A stretch of 64,000 bases of DNA from contig JASGHJ010000002.1 in the NCBI GenBank assembly GCA_047602405.1, forward strand, positions 2,368,001-2,432,000, read 5' to 3'. Origin of the DNA: Anaeromyxobacteraceae bacterium (GTDB lineage Bacteria > Myxococcota > Myxococcia > Myxococcales > Anaeromyxobacteraceae). Positions 55,204 through 64,000 of the stretch are shown here, piece by piece. The notes under the pieces are model-generated. The model ran no database searches. It was not told the origin of the DNA and saw only the letters and a program-made list of their open reading frames with translations. Position numbers and translations under genes: made by a program. The stretch's first letter is position 1, and every line of letters begins with the position of its first letter.

Positions 55204-58045
55204 ATGCCCAGACTCCGCACCCCGCTCGCGCTCCTCGCGCTCGCGCTCGCGCTCGCCGCCGCCCCTGCCCTCCCGGCGGCGCCGGCGAGGGCGCCCGCCG
55301 CCCCCGCCCCGAAGACCGTCGCCGGCCTCGAGAAGGTGACCTCGGTCGAGGGGATCACCGAGTACCGGCTGCCGAACGGCCTGAAGGTCCTGCTTCTTCC
55401 CGGATCCGTCGAAGCAGACCATCACGGTCAACGTCACGTACCTCGTCGGCTCGCGCCACGAGGGCTACGGCGAGACCGGCATGGCGCACCTCCTCGAGCA
55501 CATGGTGTTCAAGGGGACGCCGAAGCACCCGAACATCCCGCAGGAGCTGACCGCGCACGGCGCGCGCCCCAACGGCTCCACCTGGTACGACCGCACCAAC
55601 TACTTCGAGACCTTCAAGGCGTCCGACGAGAACCTGGCCTGGGCGCTCGACCTCGAGGCCGACCGGATGGTGAACTCGTACGTCGCGAGGAAGGACCTCG
55701 ACACCGAGATGACGGTCGTCCGCAACGAGTACGAGCGCGGCGAGAACGACCCGTCCTCGATCCTGATGGAGCGCGTCGCCTCGACCGCGTTCCTCTGGCA
55801 CAACTACGGCAAGTCCACGATCGGCGCGCGCAGCGACCTCGAGAACGTGCCGATCGAGCGGCTGCAGGCGTTCTACCGGAAGTACTACCAGCCGGACAAC
55901 GCGGTGCTCCTCGTCGCCGGGCAGATCGACGAGGCGAAGACGCTCGCCCTCGTGCAGAAGACCTTCGGCAGGCTGAAGCGCCCCGACCGCAAGGGCGACC
56001 GGATCTTCCCGACCTACACGCGCGAGCCCACGCAGGACGGCGAGCGCAGCGTGACCCTGCGGCGCGTCGGCGACGTGCAGGTCGCCGCGGCCGGCTACCA
56101 CGTGCCGGCGGAGCCGCACCCCGACTCGGCCGCGATGGAGCTCGCGATGCTGGCGCTCACCGACGCGCCCGGCGGGCGGCTCTACAAGGCGCTCGTCGAG
56201 ACCCGCAAGGCGACGAGCGTCGGCGGCTTCACCATGGGTCAGCCCGAGCCGGGCTTCTTCTACGTGGCCGCGGAGGTCCGCCAGGACCAGCCGCTCGCCG
56301 ACGCCCAGGCCGCGCTGCTCTCGACGCTCGACGGGCTCGGGAAGGAGCCGCTCACCCAGGCCGAGGTCGACCGCGCCCGCGCGAAGATCCTCAAGAACTT
56401 CTCGCTCGCGCTCAACGCCTCCGACCGCGTCGGCATCTCGCTCTCCGAGTCGATCGGCTCCGGAGACTGGCGGCTCTTCTTCCTCTCCCGCGACCGCGTG
56501 CGCGACGCGAAGGTCGAGGACGTGAACCGGGCGGTGCTCGCCTACCTGAAGCCGTCGAACCGCACGACCGGCCTCTTCATCCCCACCGAGAAGCCCGACC
56601 GCGCCGAGATCCCCGAGGCCGCCGACCCGGCGAAGCTCCTCCAGGGCTACAAGGGCGACCCGGTGGTCGCGCAGGGCGAGGCCTTCGATCCCACCCCCGG
56701 CGCCATCGAGCCGCGGGTCCTCCGCAAGGTGCTGCCCTCCGGCCTCAAGGCCGTGTTCCTGCCGAAGAAGTCCCGCGGCGAGTCGGTCACCGTCTCGGTC
56801 ACCCTGCGCCACGGCGACGAGAGGTCGCTCACCGGCAAGGCGGCCGTCGCCGATCTCGCCGGCGACCTCCTGCTCCGCGGCACCACGAAGCACACGCGGC
56901 AGGAGCTCGAGGACCTCTTCGACAGGCTGAAGGCCCGCGTGGCCGTCGGGATGGCCGGTCCGGGCGTCCTCTCCGCCCGCGTCGAGACCACCCGCCCGAA
57001 CCTCCCCGCGGTCCTCGACCTCCTCGCCGAGGTGCTGCGGCAGCCGTCGTTCCCGGCGGCCGAGCTCGAGACCCTGCGCGGCGAGAACCTCGCGCAGATC
57101 GAGTCGCAGCGGCAGGAGCCGCAGGCCATGGCGCCGAACGCGCTCGGCCGGTACCTCTCTCCCTACCCGAAGGGCGACCCCCGCTACGTCGCGACCTTCG
57201 ACGAGCAGCTCGCCGAGTACCGCGCCGCCACGCTCGAGCAGGTGAAGGCCTACCACGCGGGGCTCGTGGGCGCGTCGCACGGCGAGGTGGCCGTGGTCGG
57301 CGACCACGACCCGGCCGCCGTGGAGCAGCAGCTCTCGAAGCTCCTCGGAGACTGGAAGTCCCCGGCGCCGTTCACGCGCGTCGCGAAGCCGTACGTCGCG
57401 ATCCCCGGGAAGGCCGAGAAGCTCCAGGCGAACGACAAGGCGAACGCGATGCTGCTCGGGCGCCAGCTCCTCGAGCTGCGCGACGACGACCCGGACTACC
57501 CCGCGCTCCTCATGGGCAACTACATGCTGGGCGGCGGCTTCCTCAACTCCCGCCTCGCCGTGCGGATCCGCCAGAAGGAGGGCATCTCCTACGGCGTCGG
57601 CTCGGGCTTCAGCGCGAGCCCGCTCGACCGCGCCGGCGAGTTCACCGTGTACGCGATCTACGCGCCGGAGAACTCGGCGCGCCTGAACGCGGCCCTGAGG
57701 GAGGAGCTGACCCGGGCGCTCACGGCCGGCTTCACCGACACCGAGGTCGCCGAGGCCCGCGCGGGCTGGCTGCAGTCGCGGCAGATGTCCCGCGCGCAGG
57801 ACGGTGCGCTCGCCGGCCTGCTCGCGACCGAGGCCTACCTGGGCCGGACGCTCACGTGGGACGCCGACCTCGAGAAGAAGGTGGCGGCGCTCACCCCGGC
57901 GCAGATCCAGGCCGCGATGGCGAAGCACCTCGACGTCGCGAAGCTGAGCCTCTTCGAGGCGGGCGACTTCGCCGCCGCCGCGAAGAAGCCGGCCGCCGCG
58001 CCCGCGCCGGCCGCGGCGCCGGCGCCGGTGCCGGGCACGAAGTAG
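55204..58045 (+). CDS. M16 family zinc protease (PqqL-like), frameshift near 55394 (likely sequencing error)
   Basis: Signal peptide and EY.LPNGLKV in one frame; AHLLEH inverted zinc motif and the rest in another; deleting one T at 55394/55395 restores LLFPDPSKQTITVNVTYLVGS. Confidence 0.88.
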
Positions 58046-58051
58046 TCGGCT

Positions 58052-58086
58052 CCCGTTCGTCCCCCGACGGGCTCGGGACGAACGGG
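58052..58086. repeat. REP-like hairpin after the M16 gene
   Basis: CCCGTTCGTCCC-11 nt-GGGACGAACGGG perfect 12-bp stem; same family as 1716-1761, 1821-1851, 3095-3133. Confidence 0.65.
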
Positions 58087-58232
58087 CAGCGGTGAGATCG
58101 GCCCGAGACGCACGGGGCCGCGGTGAAGACGGCCGGACCCGGGGGCTGCATCGACCCCCGGTCCGGCCGTTCTGTTGCGTGGAGACGGGCTGGACTGGAA
58201 GATGCACCCGTGCGTCGACCGACGGAGCCCAC

Positions 58233-59066
58233 ATGACCACCACCCGCCCCGCCCTCCTCGCCCTCGCCCTCGCCCTCGCCCTGCCCGCCGCGGCCCGCGG
58301 CGGCGACGGCCCGATCCAGGACAACAGCTTCCTCCTCGAGGAGGCCTACAACCAGGAGCCGGGCGTCATCCAGCACATCAGCGCGTTCAGCCGCGCGAGC
58401 GCCGCGCCCAACGCGTGGGTCTACACGTTCACCGAGGAGTGGCCCGTCCGCGGCCAGACCCACCAGGCGAGCGTGACGCTCGCCTTCAACGACTTCCGGG
58501 CCGGCGACACCCGGGGGCTCGGCGACGTGCTCCTCAACTACCGCTGGCAGGCGGTCGGAAACGGCGAGGAGGCCGTCGCGCTCGCGCCGAGGCTCTCGCT
58601 CGCGCTCCCGACCGGCGACGAGAAGAAGGGGCTCGGCAGCGGCGCCGCGGGCGTCGAGGTGAACCTTCCGCTGTCGGTCGTGCTCGCCCCGACGCTCGTC
58701 ACCCACGTGAACCTGGGTGGCCGCTACACGCCCTCCGCCGCCATCGGCCCGCTGAAGGCCGACCTCACCACCTGGTTCTTCGGCCAGAGCTTCATCTGGC
58801 TCGCCCACTCGAACTTCAACGTCATGCTGGAGGCGATCTACAGCTCCAGCGAGGCCAGGGGCGATGGCTTCACCGGCCGCACCGAGAGCCTCTTCGTGAA
58901 CCCGGGCGTGCGCGCCGCCATCGACGTCGGCGACCTCCAGATCGTCCCCGGCCTCGCCTTCCCGATCGGCGTCGGCCCGAGCCGCGGCGATAAGGCGGTG
59001 TTCCTCTACCTGTCCCTCGAGCACCCGTTCCGCCTCGCCGGCCCGACCGAGCCCGAGAAGACCTGA
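58233..59066 (+). CDS. Outer-membrane 'transporter' beta-barrel (phenol-degradation MetA-like)
   Basis: Signal peptide; IQDNSFLLEEAYNQEPG, GLGD..L.YR, LPTGD...GLGSG; ends YLSLEHPF. Confidence 0.75.
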   Translation: MTTTRPALLALALALALPAAARGGDGPIQDNSFLLEEAYNQEPGVIQHISAFSRASAAPNAWVYTFTEEWPVRGQTHQASVTLAFNDFRAGDTRGLGDVLLNYRWQAVGNGEEAVALAPRLSLALPTGDEKKGLGSGAAGVEVNLPLSVVLAPTLVTHVNLGGRYTPSAAIGPLKADLTTWFFGQSFIWLAHSNFNVMLEAIYSSSEARGDGFTGRTESLFVNPGVRAAIDVGDLQIVPGLAFPIGVGPSRGDKAVFLYLSLEHPFRLAGPTEPEKT

Positions 59067-59103
59067 GCCGCCCCGGGCGCCGGTTCGCGCTATACGGGGT
59101 GGC

Positions 59104-59850
59104 ATGCCCCTCGAGCTCACGGTCGCCACCCCCGACGGCCCCGCCAGGGCCTGGCTGCACCGCGGCCCCGGTGGCGCGGAGGTCCCCGGCGTCGTCTTCC
59201 TGCCCGACGCGTTCGGCGTGCGGCCCGCCCTGCACGAGATGGCGGCGCGGCTCGCCGGGCTCGGGTACGCCGTGCTCCTCCCGGACGTCTACCACCGGGA
59301 GGGCGCCGTGCCGCCCTTCGACATCGCCACGACCTGGACCACGCCCGCCGAGCGGGCGCGGATCATGGCGCTCATCGCGACGCTCGACGCCGGGCGCGTG
59401 GGGCGCGACTTCGGGGCCTGGCTCGACGCGCTCGACGCCCAGCCGGGCGTGCACCCGGGCGGCGCCGGCGTGGTCGGCTACTGCATGGGCGGACGGCACG
59501 CGTTCCTCGCGGCGGCGCTGCACCCGGACCGCGTGAAGGCGGCCGCCGCCTTCCACGCCGGGTGGATCGTGAAGGACGGTGACGACAGCCCGCACCTCCT
59601 CGCCGGCCGGGTGAAGGCCGCGGTGTACCTCGGCGCCGCCGACGACGACCGCAGCTGCTCGCCGGAGCACCAGGGCACGCTCGCGAGCGCGCTCGGCAGG
59701 GCGGGCGTGCGCTACGCGCTCGAGCTCTACGCGGGGAAGAAGCACGGCTTCGCGGTGCCGGACAACGCCGGGGCCTACGACCCGGCGGCGGCCGCGCAGC
59801 ACTGGCGCCGGCTCGAGGCGTTCCTCGGCGAGCACCTCGGCGCGGTCTGA
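59104..59850 (+). CDS. Dienelactone hydrolase family protein
   Basis: DAFG.RP, GYCMGG Cys nucleophile, HGFAVPD. Confidence 0.92.
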   Translation: MPLELTVATPDGPARAWLHRGPGGAEVPGVVFLPDAFGVRPALHEMAARLAGLGYAVLLPDVYHREGAVPPFDIATTWTTPAERARIMALIATLDAGRVGRDFGAWLDALDAQPGVHPGGAGVVGYCMGGRHAFLAAALHPDRVKAAAAFHAGWIVKDGDDSPHLLAGRVKAAVYLGAADDDRSCSPEHQGTLASALGRAGVRYALELYAGKKHGFAVPDNAGAYDPAAAAQHWRRLEAFLGEHLGAV

Positions 59851-59973
59851 CGCACACCGCGGGTGCGTCCAAGAACACGACAGGCGCGGGCGCAAGAACC
59901 GGGAAGTGCGACGCGCCGCGCGCGGGCAGACTGACGGCACGTTTCACCACCCGTTCCGTCGAGGTCCGCGCCC

Positions 59974-60399
59974 ATGGACAGCATCGCCTGGAAGAAGATC
60001 CTCTGCCCCGTCGACCTCACCGAGGACGACGGGCCGGTCGTCGAGGTCGCCGCCGACGTGGCGCGCCGCCTCGGCTCGTCGCTCGTCATCCTGCACGTGG
60101 CCGGCGGGGTCGATCCCCAGGTCGTGAACGGGCTCGACGCCCTGCGCGAGCGGGCCATCGCGGCGGGCGCGGCGGAGGTGCGGACCACGGTCGCCGACGG
60201 GGCCCCGAAGAGCACCATCGCGCACTACGCCGACGAGCACGGCTTCGGGCTCGTGGTGATGGGCACGCACGGCCTCACCGGCCGGGCGCACGCGCTCGCG
60301 GGCTCGGTCGCGGAGAGCACGGTGCGCACGGCGCACTGCCCGGTGATGGTCGTCCACCCGGCCTGGCAGGCGCGGGCGGCGCAGGAGGCCGCGGCGTAG
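59974..60399 (+). CDS. Universal stress protein
   Basis: ILCPVD, MGTHGLTG....GSVAE.TVR.A.CPV. Confidence 0.9.
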   Translation: MDSIAWKKILCPVDLTEDDGPVVEVAADVARRLGSSLVILHVAGGVDPQVVNGLDALRERAIAAGAAEVRTTVADGAPKSTIAHYADEHGFGLVVMGTHGLTGRAHALAGSVAESTVRTAHCPVMVVHPAWQARAAQEAAA

Positions 60400-60409
60400 C
60401 GGCCGGGCC

Positions 60410-60769
60410 TCAGCCGCCGGCGACCCGGCTGAACCGCGCGTAGCCGCCCGCGTTCGTCACGTCGGCGTAGCCCGCGCCCTTCAGGATCCTCGCCGCGGCC
60501 GCGCTGCGGGCGCCGGAGGCGCAGTAGACGACGACCGGCCGGTCCTTCGGGATCTTCTTCAGCTTCGCGGAGAGCTGGTGGAGCGGCACGTTGATGGCGC
60601 CCTCGACGGCGCCTCCGCCGAACTCGGCCTCGGTGCGGACGTCCACCACGGTGGCGCCGGCGGCGAGCTTCGCCTTCACCTGCGCCGGGGAGGCGCCGCG
60701 GGAGAGGACGAACTTCAGGGCGAGGGCGACGGCGAGGCCGCCGAACACGGCGAGGGTCATGGAGTCCAC
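60410..60769 (-). CDS. Rhodanese-like domain protein with N-terminal anchor
   Basis: VDVRT..EF..G...GA.N.P, YCASGARS active-site loop. Confidence 0.9.
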   Translation of the reverse strand: MDSMTLAVFGGLAVALALKFVLSRGASPAQVKAKLAAGATVVDVRTEAEFGGGAVEGAINVPLHQLSAKLKKIPKDRPVVVYCASGARSAAAARILKGAGYADVTNAGGYARFSRVAGG

Positions 60770-60825
60770 GGCCGTGAGAGCCGCGGCGCGCGGGAAGGGT
60801 TCGGGCGGCGGTGTAGGATGCCCCG

Positions 60826-61953
60826 GTGCTCTCCCCGGCCACCGAGGCGACGGCGCTGCCGGGCGGCGAGGCCCGCTTCCGCGCGCTGACCGGGCTCCGC
60901 TTCCTCGCGGCGGCGCACGTGGTCTGGTTCCACGCCGGCCCGGCGACCGGCGTCCCCGCCCTCGACCGCGTCCGCGGCGCGGGCTGGACCGCGGTGAACC
61001 TCTTCTTCGTGCTCTCCGGGTTCGTCCTCGCCCACCGCTACCCGCGCCTCGAGGGACCGGGCGCGGTGCGCGGCTTCCTCGCCGCGCGCGCGGCGCGCAT
61101 CTACCCCGCCCACCTCCTCGCGCTCGCGGGCACGCTCGTGGCCCTCGGCGCGACCGGCGCCCTCGCCGCCTGGGCCCCGGGCTGGACCGGGCGGCCGCTC
61201 GGGCTCGCGCTCGAGGCGCTCCTCCTCCACGCGTGGGTCCCGCCGACCGGCGGCGTGAACCTGCCCGACTGGACGCTCTCGGTCGAGCTCGGGTTCTACG
61301 CGCTCTTTCCGCTGCTCCTGCCCCGCCTCGGCCGCCGTCCGCCGGGCGCGCCGGCCGGGTTCGCGGCGGCCTGCGTCCTCGCGTACGCGGCGGCGTTCGC
61401 CGTGGCGTACGCCTTCGCGACCGGCGCGGGGCCGCTGCCCGCCTCGAACGCCGCCTTCGGCTGGTGGAACAACCTCCCTCCGACGCGCCTCCCCGCCTTC
61501 GTGCTCGGGATGGCGCTCGCGCGGTACGCCGGCGAGCCGGGCGGCGCGCGGCTCCTCGCGCGGCACGGGACCGCGCTCGCGCTCGCGGGCGCCGCGGGCG
61601 CGGTCCTCGTCATGGCGGTGGTCGACCTGCCCTGGCCCGCGCTCGAGGTCACGGGCACGCTGCTCCTCCCCTTCCACGCGCTCCTCGTGCTCGGCCTCGC
61701 GGGCGGGCGCGGCCCGCTCGCCGCGGCGCTCTCGAACGGTGCGGCGGGCCACCTCGGGGACTGGAGCTACGGCGTCTACCTCTACCAGTGGCCGGTGCTG
61801 GTGGTGTTCCGGGCCGTCGCCGCGCAGCCCGCGGGCCGGCTCGGGGCGGGCGCGTTCCTGGCCTACCTCGCGGTGCTGGTCGCGGTCTCGGGGCTCGTCT
61901 TCCGCGGGTTCGAGGACCCGGCCCGCCGCGCGCTGCGACGCGCGCTCGCGTAG
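60826..61953 (+). CDS. Acyltransferase family 3 (OafA/YrhL-like O-acyltransferase)
   Basis: LTGLRFLAA..V..FH, V.LFFVLSGF, R.ARIYP, WTLSVE..FY, G..SY..YL. Confidence 0.9.
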   Translation: MLSPATEATALPGGEARFRALTGLRFLAAAHVVWFHAGPATGVPALDRVRGAGWTAVNLFFVLSGFVLAHRYPRLEGPGAVRGFLAARAARIYPAHLLALAGTLVALGATGALAAWAPGWTGRPLGLALEALLLHAWVPPTGGVNLPDWTLSVELGFYALFPLLLPRLGRRPPGAPAGFAAACVLAYAAAFAVAYAFATGAGPLPASNAAFGWWNNLPPTRLPAFVLGMALARYAGEPGGARLLARHGTALALAGAAGAVLVMAVVDLPWPALEVTGTLLLPFHALLVLGLAGGRGPLAAALSNGAAGHLGDWSYGVYLYQWPVLVVFRAVAAQPAGRLGAGAFLAYLAVLVAVSGLVFRGFEDPARRALRRALA

Positions 61954-61982
61954 CACGATCTCGAAAATGGCGCACACGCCGC

Positions 61983-62031
61983 TTGACCTCCGCGGCCGAC
62001 CTCGGTAACACGGTCGTCGCCGTCGTGCTAC
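61983..62031 (+). promoter_or_regulatory. Sigma70-type promoter overlapped by a NikR-like operator
   Basis: TTGACC (61983)-17 bp-TAACAC; palindrome GTAACAC-13 bp-GTGCTAC at 62005-62031, upstream of Ni/Co uptake-type genes. Confidence 0.65.
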
Positions 62032-62048
62032 CGCCGCCCGGAGGGTCC

Positions 62049-62738
62049 ATGCGCCGTCTCCTCGCCTTGCTCCTCGCGCTCGCCCTCCCGGCGGCAGCGA
62101 GCGCCCACGACTTCTGGCTCGAGCGCGAGGCGGAGGGCCTCGTGCTCCGCTACGGCCACCGGGGCGGCGACGCCCTGCCCATCGAGGCCGGGAAGGTGAA
62201 GGCGGCGCGCTGCCTCGAGAAGGGCGCCCCACGCGACCTCCTCTCCTCGGCCCGGTTCGCACCCCGGCAGGTCACGTTCGCAGGCCGGTGCGACGCCGCC
62301 TCCGCCACCTTCGACGGCGGCTTCTGGTCGCTGACTCCGGACGGCGAGGTGAACCGCCCGAAGGACGAGGTGCCGCAGGCCGTGAAGGCGTGGGCCTCGC
62401 GCCAGTTCGCGAAGTGGGTGGACGCCCGGACCCCGGCCGCGCCCCTGATCGTGCTCGGGGACGAGCTCGAGCTCGTCGTGGCGAGCGACCTCACGAAGGC
62501 CCGCGAGGGCGACAAGATCACGGTGCGGGTGCTCTCCCAGGGGAAGCCGGTCCCCGACGCGATGGTCGCCATCGACCACAAGCCGCTCGGGGAGTCGGAC
62601 AGCCAGGGCGAGGTCCGGGTGAAGCTCCGCTCGAGCACGGTCGAGACGGTGAGCGCCACGCTCCGGCGGAGGCTCGCCTCCCCGAAGGCCGATTCCGAGG
62701 TGCTCGAGGCCTCCCTCACGTTCGAGGTCGCGCGGTGA
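62049..62738 (+). CDS. DUF4198 domain periplasmic protein (Ni/Co uptake accessory)
   Basis: Signal peptide ending ASA-HDFW, YGH, V...GKP, SD..G; GGAGG RBS. Confidence 0.8.
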   Translation: MRRLLALLLALALPAAASAHDFWLEREAEGLVLRYGHRGGDALPIEAGKVKAARCLEKGAPRDLLSSARFAPRQVTFAGRCDAASATFDGGFWSLTPDGEVNRPKDEVPQAVKAWASRQFAKWVDARTPAAPLIVLGDELELVVASDLTKAREGDKITVRVLSQGKPVPDAMVAIDHKPLGESDSQGEVRVKLRSSTVETVSATLRRRLASPKADSEVLEASLTFEVAR

Positions 62739-63190
62739 GCCGGGGCGCCCTGCCGCGGGCGGCGGTCCTCACCGCCGCGCTCGCCGCCGCCGCGCCGGCG
62801 CTCGCCCACGAGGTGCTCCACGAGGTGGAGCGCGGCCGCGCGATCGCGGTGAAGGCCTACTTCGCCGACGGCGAGGTGCTCGCCTACACGCCCTACGAGG
62901 TCTACTCGCCCGCGGATCGGAAGCTCCCTCACCAGAAGGGCCGCACCGATCGCGGCGGGTGGCTGGCCTTCGTGCCGGACGCCCCGGGGAAGTGGCAGGT
63001 GAAGGTCATCGACGACACCGGCCACGGGCTCGACCTCGAGGTCGACGCGTCGCTGCCCGCGGCGCCCGGCGCCGGCGGCGCCCCATCGACCCTCGCCTTC
63101 GTCCTCCGTCCGCTCGTCGGGCTGGCGGTGATCGCCGCCCTGTTCGCGCTGCTGTACCGCCACCACCGCCGCAAGGGAGCCACACCATGA
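62735..63190 (+). CDS. NikL/CbiL-like membrane-anchored nickel/cobalt uptake accessory protein
   Basis: Signal ending ALA-H, YFADG, Q.GRTD..G..AF.PD..G.W.V...D..GH, C-terminal TM helix; GTGA overlap. Confidence 0.72.
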   Translation: MSRGALPRAAVLTAALAAAAPALAHEVLHEVERGRAIAVKAYFADGEVLAYTPYEVYSPADRKLPHQKGRTDRGGWLAFVPDAPGKWQVKVIDDTGHGLDLEVDASLPAAPGAGGAPSTLAFVLRPLVGLAVIAALFALLYRHHRRKGATP

Positions 63191-64000
63191 TCCGTCCCGC
63201 CGTTCGCCTCGCCCTCGCGCTGGTGCTCGCCCTCGCGGCGCGCCCCGCCCGCGCCCACCACGGCACCGCGGCGGTGAGCGCCATCGGCGCCGAGGGCCCC
63301 GGCGCGGCGCTCGACACGACCTCGCCGCTCCCGCTCGGCCAGGGCACGCTGTTCGTGCTCGCGAAGGGGGAGTACGTGCCCTTCCAGCAGCGCGACGGCT
63401 TCACCGACCAGAAGTCGTACTCCTCCTTCAACACCTTCGCGCTCGGGTACGGCGTGAACCGCTGGCTCTCCGCCTTCGTGTTCCAGCCGTACAACGCGAA
63501 GGCCCAGGACGGCATCGGCACGAACGCCGGGGCGGGCGACACGAACCTCATGCTCTCGGCGTCCTTGAAGTGGGACGACGGGCTCCGCCTCGCCCCCGAG
63601 AAGGAGAGCCTCGACGACCTCGCCGACTGGCACTTCGGGCTGTGGCTCTCCTGCTCGCTGCCGCTCGGGCCCACGACCCACCGGGACGATCACGGTGCGT
63701 TCTACGCGCCGGACATGCAGACCGGGTTCCGCGGGCCCAGCTTCGGGGCCGGCCTCGCCGTCATGAAGCAGCTCTCGCCGGACTTCACCCTGCTCGGCGA
63801 GGTGAACCACCAGCGCTTCCTCGACCGCCGCTACGACGAGGCGGGCTACCGCTACCGCTTCGGCGCCGAGTCGCGCGGGAACGCGGCCCTCGTCTACCGG
63901 GCCTGGGCGAGCGGCGGGCGGCGGGTGGATCTCGCCCCCGAGGTGACCTGGCTCCACCTCGAGCGCGATCGTGAGGACGGGGTGGCCCTGCAGGCCTCCG
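63187..64000 (+). CDS. Outer-membrane beta-barrel 'transporter'; truncated by the window edge
   Basis: ATGA overlap; signal ending ARA-HHG; G.GD..L, LP.G, MQTGF, beta-strand periodicity; open to 64000. Confidence 0.7.
   Translation, partial: MIRPAVRLALALVLALAARPARAHHGTAAVSAIGAEGPGAALDTTSPLPLGQGTLFVLAKGEYVPFQQRDGFTDQKSYSSFNTFALGYGVNRWLSAFVFQPYNAKAQDGIGTNAGAGDTNLMLSASLKWDDGLRLAPEKESLDDLADWHFGLWLSCSLPLGPTTHRDDHGAFYAPDMQTGFRGPSFGAGLAVMKQLSPDFTLLGEVNHQRFLDRRYDEAGYRYRFGAESRGNAALVYRAWASGGRRVDLAPEVTWLHLERDREDGVALQAS

Overview
Very GC-rich, densely coding bacterial window; gene content (hemerythrins, ECF sigma/anti-sigma/caspase operon, M57 protease, alpha2-type GlyRS) suggests an Anaeromyxobacter-like member of Myxococcota (inference). 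It holds about 55 CDS: maltose-type and YdcSTUV/Pot-type ABC importers, many secreted peptidases, a hemerythrin/DUF4032 kinase-like/hemerythrin cluster, a lipoprotein/ECF/anti-sigma/caspase operon, a flippase + FAAL-T-C-A(Gly)-T-TE NRPS + PPTase cluster, a hybrid PAS histidine kinase, GlyRS and the start of a probable NikR-controlled nickel uptake operon. No rRNA, tRNA, CRISPR array, transposase or integrase was recognised. The most unusual signal is a ~710-bp non-coding nested foldback (43521-44231): two diverged ~250-bp hairpin units in inverted orientation, with compensatory changes and GNA triloops. Small palindromic REP-like elements also occur, some translated in frame at the N-termini of ABC permeases. 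Two genes (M57, M16) carry single-base frameshifts that look like sequencing errors. All functional calls come from motif recognition by eye; no database search was run.
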